From Anaerolineales bacterium UBA3082 (GTDB lineage Bacteria; Chloroflexota; Anaerolineae; UBA7937): 62,841 bases of DNA. The translations under genes and the position numbers were made by a program. Each line of letters starts with the position of its first letter. The first letter of the stretch is position 1. The notes below the pieces were generated by a model. It worked only from the letters and a program-made list of their open reading frames with translations. It was not told the DNA's origin and ran no database searches. Of this stretch, positions 53,409 through 62,732 are shown piece after piece. The stretch is from assembly GCA_002366595.1 (NCBI GenBank), contig DFBK01000006.1, positions 1,429 to 64,269 of the forward strand, written 5' to 3'.

Positions 53409-53473
53409 ACCTCTCTCATCGTCCTGCACCCACCTCTCATCGTCCTGCACCCACCTCTTATCGTCCAGCAGCG
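53409..53473 (+). repeat. three tandem ~21-bp repeats in the flp-tadE intergenic region
   Basis: acctctctcatcgtcctgcaccc / acctctcatcgtcctgcaccc / acctcttatcgtccagcagcg. Lies just downstream of a TGgTAGAAT -10-like box and 18 nt upstream of the 53491 start. Confidence 0.85.
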
Positions 53474-53490
53474 TTTGAAGGATAAGGATA

Positions 53491-54039
53491 GTGATTGGTA
53501 AGAGTGTAAAGCCTTTGATTCACGAGGCTGGCCAAAGCCTAGTCGAGTTTGCGCTGGTGACTTTGTTCGTGATTCTGCCCGTGACCTTCGGCATTATCGA
53601 CGGCAGCATCCTCTTCTACAAATGGGTGGCGCTCACCAACGGGGCCCGAGAGGGGGCCCGGGCGGGGGCCATCTATCACTATGAGGGTACTGAACCATCC
53701 GACGGCAGCAGGGACATGATGGAGAACAAGATAGATCCGGCGCGAGAGAACGTGATCACCCAGACCGTAGAGGCAATGGTCAGGCCGCTGGTTAGCATAC
53801 AGGGTTGGACCGTAAGCTACGAGGACCCGGAAGGTGACCTATGCGTGCAGGGGCCCGGCGGTTGGGAGTTCTGCGATGTCTATCGTAGCGGCGATCTCGT
53901 TACGGTGGCCATCACTCACACTCACACCACTATAGTGGGCTTAGTGATTGATTTGGGAGAAATCGACCTCAACGCGACGGCGACGATGAGGATCGAGCCC
54001 GGCGGACCGGCCCCCACGCCTACGCCAGCGTCGCCATAG
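53491..54039 (+). CDS. TadE-like pseudopilin/pilus assembly protein
   Basis: GQSLVEFALVTLFVILPVTFGIIDGSILFY......NGAREGARAG TadE N-terminal motif. Confidence 0.85.
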   Translation: MIGKSVKPLIHEAGQSLVEFALVTLFVILPVTFGIIDGSILFYKWVALTNGAREGARAGAIYHYEGTEPSDGSRDMMENKIDPARENVITQTVEAMVRPLVSIQGWTVSYEDPEGDLCVQGPGGWEFCDVYRSGDLVTVAITHTHTTIVGLVIDLGEIDLNATATMRIEPGGPAPTPTPASP

Positions 54040-54061
54040 AGAAGGGTACTGAGGCTAATAT

Positions 54062-54499
54062 ATGCTCTGGCGAAGTAGAAGGAAGAGCGGGCAAGAAGGG
54101 CAGGCCCTGGTAGAGACGGCATTTATGATCCTGGCGGTACTCCTACTTCTTATGGGGATTATCGAGTTTGGTTTCATCTTCTATACTTACGTGCGGGTCT
54201 CCAATGCCACTCGGGAGGGAGCCCGAGCGGGCTCGCTGTGGTTGATGACCACAGGTGGGACGGGCACCTTGACCGATACGGTCCAAACTGCGGTGCGGGC
54301 CGAGGTCGCCGCTATTGAGAACGATGATATTGTCGTCGTCATAGAGAACAATGTAGAGGACCTAAAGGCAGGAGATACCATTACCGTTACTGCCACCTAT
54401 GACTACCCCTTGCCCATCGTCTCCGCTTTGCCTATAATCAAAGATATTATAGATTCACCCTTTCCCGTATCCAGAACGGTGGTCATGCGGTTTCAGTAG
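54062..54499 (+). CDS. TadE-like protein
   Basis: GQALVETAFMILAVLLLLMGIIEFGFIFYTYVRVSNATREGARAG. Confidence 0.85.
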   Translation: MLWRSRRKSGQEGQALVETAFMILAVLLLLMGIIEFGFIFYTYVRVSNATREGARAGSLWLMTTGGTGTLTDTVQTAVRAEVAAIENDDIVVVIENNVEDLKAGDTITVTATYDYPLPIVSALPIIKDIIDSPFPVSRTVVMRFQ

Positions 54500-54525
54500 C
54501 AAAGGGTTCTAAGAGGGGGAGAGAG

Positions 54526-56439
54526 ATGAAACCTAAGAATCTGAGAGGAGAAGAGGGTCAGGCGGCAGTTTTGATTACCCTCCTTGTTATGTTCGCCTTT
54601 ATCGCCCTTACGGCCTTGGCTATCGACGGCGGTCACCTATATGTGGTGAGGCGCGACCTTCAGAACATGGGTGATGCGGCTTGCTTGGCGGCGGCCACGG
54701 AACTCTCCCTTGGTGGTGACACGGAAGGGGCCATTGCCAAGGCTCAAGAGTACGTGATTAGAAATGGGGGGGCTGAGGAGTTCTACACAGAGCAAGAGGG
54801 AACCGGTGTAGGCTTGGTCAAAGGCATTGAAGTGAGCGGCGCCAATGTGAGGGTGGCCCTTCAAGAGGATGTTGATACCTACTTCACCATGATATTCAAT
54901 CGCTCCAGTGCCTTGGTGGGCGCCCGTTCCCGCTGTAACTCCCAGATTGGTGGCGGTCTCCTGCCCATCGCCGTGCGCAGGTATGACGGTTTCGGCAAAG
55001 ATCCATCACTGCTGGATCTACTGGCCAACAAGAACTGCCAGCCTCCGGGGTGCTACTATGACGAGGATTCCGATACCGTCTATTTGGACGGGTACTACGG
55101 CCGCACGCCGTTCCATCCAATCAGCGACACGCTCCATGTTCCCACACCTGGGGAGCGCGACGACGAGACGACTGGGAACATTGACTGCGACCCCGACCCG
55201 CCACAGGGGGATGACATCCTTGACGGAGTGTGCGTCCTTGGGGTAGAGACGGACACCAACGACGGAACGGAGAAGTTTTCAGGTTTCGTCTCGCTCGATA
55301 TCCGGAATATCGCAGACCCACTCCACCGCCACATCGAATACTATAACGGGGCCACAGGCCAGGATGCTACCAACAAAGCGCTATCAAGCCGATGGTTTTG
55401 TGAACGCGGCTGGCGAGGCAGGAGGGTACCCACCCTTGGCGATCAGTTGGCCTACCTGCCGGGGGTCTCTGCCGCGATGACTGGCCAAGACATGCTCAAC
55501 TGTGACCCGCCCTGGGAAGTGGGCCAACAGTTCGTGGCTGTGGTCTATAGTGGCTACGTCTGGGACGTTCCCGAAGCCAAGATGGAGATCCATCCCTGGG
55601 TCAATCCTGTTCCCCCCATCTTCCCCAGTATAACCGATACCGTTACTTATACTCTCACCCTGGAAAAGGTCGGGCTTTGGCCCCCGTACGCCAATTTCGA
55701 ACTGCAATGGGACTTCATGGAGGGGGCTGATGAGATAAACCCCAACGTTGAGTTCAGCGAGAACCCGGTGGAAATGGCGGAGAACCGGCTCGTGGCATCG
55801 GTGGACATGATTGTCTACGCTGAAAATCCCATCACCGACACTAGTTACCTCAGCGCTTTGACGGTGCGGGCGCGCGACACAAGCTTAGGGCTTACGCGTT
55901 GGGCCTCCACCAACTTCGTATATGGCGAGATCGGCCCGGATTTCACATTGTACGCCCATGGCCGGGAGTTCAGTGTGCCCCAGGGTGGCGTTCTGCGAAT
56001 TACCGTCACTGCCAGGGGCTTTGCTGGCTTCTCGACACCCAATGCAGATCTCAGCGCCTCTCAAGTTATGCCTGTGCCTCCGCCGGCTGTCTTCTCCCAA
56101 ACAGGAGGGCCCAGCAAGGTGAAGATCGAGGATGGCGTCGACAACGAGGAGAAGGTTAACCTGAAGTTCAACGCTGACGCCTCGCCCGGAACCTATGAAC
56201 TCCTATTGACAGCTACAGCGAAAGACGGAGTAGAGCACAGTGTGCCCATCCTGGTGAACGTCTATGAGCCTACGGGTGAAGAACCTCACCAATTCGTCAT
56301 CGTGGAGGGCTTTGCTCCTTTCGAGATCAGTTACATAGATAACAATGACGTAGTCGCATACGCTATTGGCCCCATTGTCCCCGATCTCAGTTTGATCACA
56401 GCGGGCACAAGGGGTTCGCTTTTGCCTTGGGCGCCGTAG
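54526..56439 (+). CDS. TadG-like large pilus-associated protein (Tad N-terminal domain)
   Basis: GQAAVLITLLVMFAFIALTALAIDGGHLYVVRRDLQNMGDAACLAAA matches the putative Flp pilus-assembly TadG N-terminal pattern. The long C-terminal region is unassigned. Confidence 0.7.
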   Translation: MKPKNLRGEEGQAAVLITLLVMFAFIALTALAIDGGHLYVVRRDLQNMGDAACLAAATELSLGGDTEGAIAKAQEYVIRNGGAEEFYTEQEGTGVGLVKGIEVSGANVRVALQEDVDTYFTMIFNRSSALVGARSRCNSQIGGGLLPIAVRRYDGFGKDPSLLDLLANKNCQPPGCYYDEDSDTVYLDGYYGRTPFHPISDTLHVPTPGERDDETTGNIDCDPDPPQGDDILDGVCVLGVETDTNDGTEKFSGFVSLDIRNIADPLHRHIEYYNGATGQDATNKALSSRWFCERGWRGRRVPTLGDQLAYLPGVSAAMTGQDMLNCDPPWEVGQQFVAVVYSGYVWDVPEAKMEIHPWVNPVPPIFPSITDTVTYTLTLEKVGLWPPYANFELQWDFMEGADEINPNVEFSENPVEMAENRLVASVDMIVYAENPITDTSYLSALTVRARDTSLGLTRWASTNFVYGEIGPDFTLYAHGREFSVPQGGVLRITVTARGFAGFSTPNADLSASQVMPVPPPAVFSQTGGPSKVKIEDGVDNEEKVNLKFNADASPGTYELLLTATAKDGVEHSVPILVNVYEPTGEEPHQFVIVEGFAPFEISYIDNNDVVAYAIGPIVPDLSLITAGTRGSLLPWAP

Positions 56440-56592
56440 CCCGGCGCTGTCGTTGGGATGGAGTGGGGAGATTCTATGATATTGACCCTGGCCGTAGCGA
56501 GGTACAATCTCGTTCTGCTACAAGTGTGAATTCATCGGAGGGAAAGGTTCTCCGATAGTCTTGGTATAGATTCTCGCTGAGGAGGTGGCAAA

Positions 56593-57411
56593 GTGAAACT
56601 GTTCCGTAACCGGAGAGGGTTACTGTGGATGTTGGCCGGGGGCCTGGTGGCTGTCTTGGCCGGTCTGGTAGCGATGTTCGCCCTGCGGACCGCTGTCACC
56701 GGGGTTCAGGTTGCACCACCCGAGGCTCCCCTCACACGGCCGGTGGTGGTGGCTGCGCATGTGGTGCCCCGTCGAACCGTCCTGTCAGAGACGGATGTGG
56801 AGATCAGGGAGTTGCCTGAGGATGCGATCCGATCTGGAGCCGTGGTGAAAATAGAAGACGCTGTCGACAGGATCACTCTGACGGAGTTGAACGAGGGGGA
56901 GATAATCCTGGCCCAAAACCTCCTGGAGGTCACAGCGGAAGGAGCACCGGGAGAGGGTGAAGTAAGCCTTGCCGAAGCCCTCGAAGAGGACGAATTAGCG
57001 GTAGCGCTACCGGCTACCGATCTGATGAGCCGATTTGGGGTCGTGATGCCGGGGGACAAGGTCGATCTTCTCTTCTCTGTAAATGTGGTGGGAAAGACAT
57101 ACCTGGAGGAGGTCCCTCGGGGGGGGCTGGTAGCGCTGACTACGGTCCAGGATTTGGAAATCCTCCAGATCGTTGCGGAGAAGCCGCCGGCCGAGGAGGG
57201 CGAAGAAGGAGAAGAGCCAGGTGAGCGACTGATAATATTGATCGCCGACCCTCAAGAGGCGGTGATCATCAAGTACCTCAAAGATTCTGGCGGCGTGATC
57301 GATTTCGCTTTGCGAGCGGCCACCAGTGAACGACTATTTGACACCGAACCCGTAACCATAAACTACTTGGCTAGACGGTATGGGATTATACCACCAGAGC
57401 CCCTTGACTAG
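56593..57411 (+). CDS. cpaB: Flp pilus assembly protein CpaB/RcpC-like
   Basis: N-terminal TM helix, SAF-like region (VVVAAHVVPRRTVLSETDVEIRELP) and position within the Tad locus. Confidence 0.75.
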   Translation: MKLFRNRRGLLWMLAGGLVAVLAGLVAMFALRTAVTGVQVAPPEAPLTRPVVVAAHVVPRRTVLSETDVEIRELPEDAIRSGAVVKIEDAVDRITLTELNEGEIILAQNLLEVTAEGAPGEGEVSLAEALEEDELAVALPATDLMSRFGVVMPGDKVDLLFSVNVVGKTYLEEVPRGGLVALTTVQDLEILQIVAEKPPAEEGEEGEEPGERLIILIADPQEAVIIKYLKDSGGVIDFALRAATSERLFDTEPVTINYLARRYGIIPPEPLD

Positions 57412-57427
57412 GTGAGGATGGTTTGAA

Positions 57428-58636
57428 ATGCAGGGTCGACGCACTGTCCTGATTCTAAGTCAATCGGGTGAAGGCCGTACTCGACTTCGACGGGCGTTGA
57501 GCCTATCGAATGGTTTGGAAGTCGCGGACACAGTAGAGCCGGGACCTCAGGGGGTGGCGTCAGCGAGACGCCTTCAGCCCGATGTGATCATAGTGGATAG
57601 TGGCTGGGGAGAAAAGGCAGATCTCGATTTCATCCGTTCCCTCGCCTCTGCCGTTCCTACATCTCTGATCATGCTCGTGGCCCCCGACGAAGACATGGAA
57701 TATGTGCAGGATGCTCTTCTCGGCGGTGCCCGGGGCTTTGTGACGCGATCCTCGGCGGAGTCTCAGTTGGTGGGGGCCGTCGGTCGGGTGCTACAATTAG
57801 AGACTACCAAGCGGCTTCAGCAAGCGGAAGCCGGGAAGAGGGAAGTAACTCCAGGCAGCAGAGAGGGGAAGGTGGTAAGCGTCCTCAGCGCAAAGGGTGG
57901 GGTGGGTTGCACGGTCATCGCGGTGAATCTAGCCGTTGCTCTTCGGAGAGAGACCGGCCAGCCCGTTTCTCTCTTCGACTCCAATCTACGTTTTGGTAAT
58001 GCAGCCGTTCTCTTGAACCTCTGGCCGCGAGTGACCTTGGGAGACCTGGCACGATACGAAGACGATTTGAGCACCCAACTGGTGGAGGAGGTAATGCTGA
58101 CACATTCATCGGGTGTAAGGGTGCTATTGCCTCCCCTTACTCTCGAAGCGGCCGAAGAGATAACTCCCCGGTTGGTGACCAAGATTCTTGAAATCTTGAA
58201 AGGCGGATACGAGTTTGTCGTTGTGGATTCGGGGGCCTACCTAGACGCAGTAGCGCTGGCCATATTGGACTCCTCCTTCAGAACAGTGTTGGTGACCACG
58301 CCTGAGGTGCCTGCGCTTCATAACCTGAGGCGCATGCTGCAAGTCACCGAGGATCTGGGATATCCTCGGGACAGATTGGTCATCGTGGGGAATAGGTTCT
58401 CGGCCACCTGGGGGATCAAGCCCGCGGACATCGCCGAAAGCCTTGGGTCTCCCATCTCCGTGACCTTGCCCAGCGATGGACGGTTGGTGACACAGGCTGC
58501 GAACAGGGGCATCCCCTTCGTCTTGGATGCGCCGGACAGCGGTGCGAGCCGGGGGATCTACAAGTTGGCAGAACTTCTTATGAAAGCGGGACCGCAGACC
58601 GGCAACGAAGAGGAGCCGTGGTCGCACCCGGGCTAG
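57428..58636 (+). CDS. TadZ/CpaE-like protein: receiver-like domain plus MinD/ParA-type ATPase with atypical Walker A
   Basis: N-terminal REC-like region (VLILS...DVIIVDSG). SAKGGVGCT deviant Walker A lacks the signature Lys. VVDSG. Confidence 0.8.
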   Translation: MQGRRTVLILSQSGEGRTRLRRALSLSNGLEVADTVEPGPQGVASARRLQPDVIIVDSGWGEKADLDFIRSLASAVPTSLIMLVAPDEDMEYVQDALLGGARGFVTRSSAESQLVGAVGRVLQLETTKRLQQAEAGKREVTPGSREGKVVSVLSAKGGVGCTVIAVNLAVALRRETGQPVSLFDSNLRFGNAAVLLNLWPRVTLGDLARYEDDLSTQLVEEVMLTHSSGVRVLLPPLTLEAAEEITPRLVTKILEILKGGYEFVVVDSGAYLDAVALAILDSSFRTVLVTTPEVPALHNLRRMLQVTEDLGYPRDRLVIVGNRFSATWGIKPADIAESLGSPISVTLPSDGRLVTQAANRGIPFVLDAPDSGASRGIYKLAELLMKAGPQTGNEEEPWSHPG

Positions 58637-58691
58637 TTATTGACGCAAGTGGAAAAGTAATTCTCGGAGTCAGTTTGAGGTAGGAATAGAG

Positions 58692-59657
58692 ATGGATGTT
58701 TTCTTACTGGTGGGCATATTTATAGCCTTGGCCATCCTACTGGCGTTCACTGGGATGGCGGAATTCGCACGTAGCAGCGTGGATGAGAGATTGGGTCGCT
58801 ACGTGCGCAGGTCAGGGACTGGAGTTGTTGGCAGGGGCCAGGCGGCAGAGCGTACTCCAACGGCGAGGTCATCCTTTCTTGCCAGGCTCGACCAGGCCAT
58901 CACTAGTCGGGGTTTCGTCCAAGGTGTCAGACGGGAACTTGCGCGCGCCGATCTACCTCTTACTGTACCCGAGTATCTATTCATCAACGCGATGGTGGTG
59001 TTTGGGGTTGGCGTAATCGGGTTCTTGATCTCGCGGGTTTGGTTCTCCGCCTTGATGTTGGTTGTGGGGAGTGCATTCTTGCCTACCCTGTATGTCAGGT
59101 GGCGGCAGCGAAGAAGGCTCGCAGCGTTCAACAATCAATTAGGGGACGTCGTCAATGTGGTGATCGGCTCTCTGCGTGCTGGTTATGGACTCTTGCAATC
59201 ATTCGATTACGTTTCGAACCGTCTACCTGACCCCGCGGCGAATGAATTCAACAGAGTCGTGCGGGAGGTGAGCCTCGGCCTGAGTATGAGTGAAGCGCTG
59301 GCCAACCTCCTGAGGCGGGTAGAAAGTGATGACTTGGAGTTAATGGTCACTGCGATAAGCATTCACCGCGAAGTGGGCGGCAACCTCACCGTCATACTGG
59401 AAAGTATCAGCGACACCATTCGGGAGCGAGTTCGTATCAAGCAAGAAATCCGCAGCTTGACAGCCATGCAGAGGTATTCGGGCTATGTCCTCGTCGCACT
59501 GCCGTTCGGAGTGACTGCCATTCTCTTCGTAATGAACCCGGAGTACATGATGAGGCTCTTCGAACCAGGGCCTACCTTGTGCATCCCCTTTGGGGCTCTT
59601 ATATCCATGATCCTGGGCTTCCTGCTCACGCGCCGGATCGTGGCTATCGAAGTATAG
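58692..59657 (+). CDS. tadB: TadB-like (type II secretion system F family) inner-membrane protein
   Basis: T2SSF-type domain (LPD....L...V..G.S...AL) flanked by TM helices. Position after tadZ. Confidence 0.8.
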   Translation: MDVFLLVGIFIALAILLAFTGMAEFARSSVDERLGRYVRRSGTGVVGRGQAAERTPTARSSFLARLDQAITSRGFVQGVRRELARADLPLTVPEYLFINAMVVFGVGVIGFLISRVWFSALMLVVGSAFLPTLYVRWRQRRRLAAFNNQLGDVVNVVIGSLRAGYGLLQSFDYVSNRLPDPAANEFNRVVREVSLGLSMSEALANLLRRVESDDLELMVTAISIHREVGGNLTVILESISDTIRERVRIKQEIRSLTAMQRYSGYVLVALPFGVTAILFVMNPEYMMRLFEPGPTLCIPFGALISMILGFLLTRRIVAIEV

Positions 59658-59677
59658 CATAGCGGGAGAGGGGCATC

Positions 59678-60637
59678 TTGGTCTTAATGCAATTGGATCC
59701 AGTAGGGTTGTCTTGGATAGTGGCGGCCCTGGTCGCCGTGAGTGTCGTCTTCTTCTTGACCAGCGTGCGAGCACGCCGACTTGACGCTCAAGCAGTAGAT
59801 GCTCGGGTCAGACTGTATGCACCCAAACGTACTCTTGAAGAGCTTGAGCTCTCCGAACCGTTCTTCCAAAGGGCGATCAAGCCCCTTCTACAGAAGATAG
59901 TTCGCATAGTTGGACGATTAGCGCCCCAGCGCAATATCGAAGATTTGGAGCGCGATCTAGCACGGGCCGGTAGGCCCTTAGATCTTACGGCCATAGATTT
60001 CCTGGGAGGGAGATTGCTAGTGGCCTTGTCGGTTGGCTTGGTGATAGGGGGTGTGGTGTTTCTCTTCAAATCATCTCCGCGTCTGGCCTTATTTTTTACC
60101 TTGGTAGGGGGTCTCGTAGGGTTCTATGCGCCCAGGGTGTGGCTATGGAGGAGGATCGCCCGACGGCAAAGCGATATCGAGCGTGCGCTCCCCGATGCTT
60201 TGGACATGTTGGTGGTGTGCCTGGATGCAGGTCTGGGCTTCGATTTGGCTCTTCTTAAGATCGCACAGAGATGGCGACATGGGCTAGCACTTGAACTGGA
60301 CCAGGTGGTCTACGAGATTAGAGCGGGCAAGCCCAGGGCGGAAGCACTTCAGGATCTTGTAAAGCGTACGGGTGTGGAGGATATCGCAACCTTTGTTGCT
60401 GTTATCTTGCAGGCCGAGGAACTTGGAGTTAGCGTGGCCAAGGCGTTACACATCCATGCCGGCCAGATGCGTATATTGCGGCGCTACCGAGCGGAGGAAC
60501 GGGCCCGGCAAGCGGCCATAAAGATGCTCTTCCCCCTGGTTTTCATGATTTTTCCTGCTCTCCTGGCTGTGATCCTGGGACCGGCTCTGCCCCAACTGCT
60601 GAGCGTTCTGGGGGGCCTTGGCGGGGCTGCTCCATAG
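59678..60637 (+). CDS. tadC: TadC-like (T2SSF family) inner-membrane protein
   Basis: LPDALDMLVVCLDAGLGFDLAL...QAEELGVSVAKALHIHAGQMR pattern with TM helices at both ends. Confidence 0.8.
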   Translation: MVLMQLDPVGLSWIVAALVAVSVVFFLTSVRARRLDAQAVDARVRLYAPKRTLEELELSEPFFQRAIKPLLQKIVRIVGRLAPQRNIEDLERDLARAGRPLDLTAIDFLGGRLLVALSVGLVIGGVVFLFKSSPRLALFFTLVGGLVGFYAPRVWLWRRIARRQSDIERALPDALDMLVVCLDAGLGFDLALLKIAQRWRHGLALELDQVVYEIRAGKPRAEALQDLVKRTGVEDIATFVAVILQAEELGVSVAKALHIHAGQMRILRRYRAEERARQAAIKMLFPLVFMIFPALLAVILGPALPQLLSVLGGLGGAAP

Positions 60638-60701
60638 GGGGGTTGACTACCTCTCTCCCCTCTCTGGAATGGTAGGGCGAGAGGCGGGGATGATTTAAGG
60701 G

Positions 60702-62342
60702 ATGGCTGAGGATATGGAGAACAAACGAGGGTATAGTGAGCACCCACTATACAAGCAAGCCATGGCTCATTTTGAGGCGGAGGAGTGGGAGGATGCCATC
60801 TCGCTCTTCTCCCAGTTAGTAGCCGAGTTTCCAGACGACGAAAGCCTCCAGCAGATCCTGGCTGATCTCCGCTTGAAAGCATCCTTGCCTCGAGAGGAAA
60901 GCCGCCGAGGGCGGATAGAGATACGGAGAGTGGCCAGGGCCTTTCTTCTCGTTTTGGGCGTTGTCGCAGTGATGGCTCTCCTGGCAGGAGTATCATACAG
61001 GATCTATACCAATTGGCTTCTGCCGGCTCGAACAGTGCGGGATCAAGTCACTCATCTGCGCGAGTTGCACGAGTTGGCGAGGGGCTATATGGCAGCAGGT
61101 GACTATGCCAGAGCGGCTGATCTCTACGAAGAGATCCTGAGCCAAGTGCCCGATGATTCGACAGCAGCCGTTGGCCTGGAAAGAGCGGGGGAACTTCAAG
61201 AGTTGGCTATGGCGTATGATAACGCGTTGGAGTTGACCCGGGAGGAAAGATGGGATGAGGCGCTCAACGCCTGGCAGGCGATTCTCGCCAGGGATAGCAA
61301 CTTCAGAGATGTCAAACACTGGGCCGCTTTCGTTGAGGAGCAAGATCTGCTGCACTCGCTGTTCACGGATGCGGAGATACGCTATTGGGGCGAGGACTGG
61401 AGTGGCGCAATAGAAATACTTGAGCAAGTGAGAGGTCAAAACGCTAACTATCGTCGCCATGATGTGGAGGTGCTTTTGGTAGGCTCTCTTGTCAACCTAG
61501 CCAAGCAGATCCTCAGCGAGGCACCTGATGCGGCCGATGTCTATAACCAGACAATGGAACTCTTTGACAAGGCGATCAAGATTCATCCCCAGGATGAATC
61601 CGTCCTTACAGAGCGGGCGGTGGCTGAGGCGTATTCGCAGGGCCTTGCGCGGTTCCAGGAGGAGGATTGGGAAGGGGCGGTAGAAGAACTTCAATTTGCA
61701 TACGAGCATGATCCTGGCTATGCCGCAGGCAAGGTGGTCGAACTCCTCTACCCGGCTAGCATCCATTGCGGAGATGTGCGGGCGGAGGCAGGCGACTTCC
61801 AAGGAGCGCTGGCCTGCTATCAAGCGGCCACCGAATTGCTGGTAGATGATGTTTCCGAAGCCAATGCAAAGTATGCGGCCTTAGTTCCCATGCTTACCCC
61901 CACGCCCACTCCCAGGCCACCAGTACCGACGTCCACTCCTGCCCCCAAGCCGACCCCTACCCGAACACCGACCCCTACTCCCACCCAGTCGCCCTACGCC
62001 TTCGAGTATCTTCCGTGGCTCACTCAGGAATTGGACCGTCCGGGTTGCCAGGCTCCCTCGTTCGAAGGGCGGGTCGTAGATGCGGCTGGAGTGGGCTTTC
62101 CTGGCGTATGGGTGCGCCTCCAATGGTGGGACCGCCATGATGATAGGGTGACGGGTTATAATGGGGAGTTCGGTTTCGCTCCCTTGGGCTCAGAAAACTG
62201 GCATAAATCGGTGCCCTTTTTCTTAACAGTGATTCGCAGCCCAAGTGATCCCGCGCCCCTATCGCAAACCGTCCCTCTTAACTTTCCAGGCTGTTCAACC
62301 CACGGCGGGTTCACCAATGTGACCTTCAAGTCACTTCGATAG
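60702..62342 (+). CDS. membrane-anchored TPR-repeat protein with a PT linker and the conserved Cys-containing C-terminal domain
   Basis: TPR-like helices, one TM helix (AFLLVLGVVAVMALLAGV), a PTPTPRPPVPTSTPAPKPTPTRTPTPTPT linker, then GCQAPSFEGRVVDAAG..FPGVWVRLQWW...VTGYNGEFGFAPLG...GC...FTNVTF. Confidence 0.75.
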   Translation: MAEDMENKRGYSEHPLYKQAMAHFEAEEWEDAISLFSQLVAEFPDDESLQQILADLRLKASLPREESRRGRIEIRRVARAFLLVLGVVAVMALLAGVSYRIYTNWLLPARTVRDQVTHLRELHELARGYMAAGDYARAADLYEEILSQVPDDSTAAVGLERAGELQELAMAYDNALELTREERWDEALNAWQAILARDSNFRDVKHWAAFVEEQDLLHSLFTDAEIRYWGEDWSGAIEILEQVRGQNANYRRHDVEVLLVGSLVNLAKQILSEAPDAADVYNQTMELFDKAIKIHPQDESVLTERAVAEAYSQGLARFQEEDWEGAVEELQFAYEHDPGYAAGKVVELLYPASIHCGDVRAEAGDFQGALACYQAATELLVDDVSEANAKYAALVPMLTPTPTPRPPVPTSTPAPKPTPTRTPTPTPTQSPYAFEYLPWLTQELDRPGCQAPSFEGRVVDAAGVGFPGVWVRLQWWDRHDDRVTGYNGEFGFAPLGSENWHKSVPFFLTVIRSPSDPAPLSQTVPLNFPGCSTHGGFTNVTFKSLR

Positions 62343-62732
62343 GCTTGCCTTGGGGAGCCTCCTTGAAGGGGGCGGTAGCCGCGGTTGCGGCAAGAGGAAG
62401 GCCAAGGTTTGGTTGAGTAAGTGTTCATACTCATGCTGGTGCCCTTATGGTCATCGCGAAATTGGCGCTACTCGGCCCGCAGACCGGTAATCTCTTCTCC
62501 AGAATCACCAACGGATTGAACCGATAGATTGCAACCAGCCTCGGCCAGTGAGGGCCTTTGACGAGAGGCCTAAGGGGTTGCCCATCTCAAGGGAGATGCC
62601 GTAGCGGTGTTTCCAGCTTAAATGTGAATTCATTAGGGCATTGTAAGGCCTGTGAGGAATGCACCAGAGCGCTTTGGGAAAGGCAAGTTTTTAGTAGGAT
62701 CGATGGCAAATCGAGAGAGGAGGGTTGTGAGC

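Noticed and set aside
53212-53409. 65-aa minus-strand ORF between flp and tadE.
   Set aside because: It is antisense to the pilus operon's intergenic and promoter region and has no SD or motif. It is most likely non-coding.
56525-62633. The palindromic tgtgaattcat occurs upstream of both cpaB (56525-56535) and the partial ORF (62623-62633), suggesting a shared operator.
   Set aside because: An 11-mer occurring twice in ~125 kb of two-strand sequence is expected by chance many times over. Position alone is not sufficient evidence.
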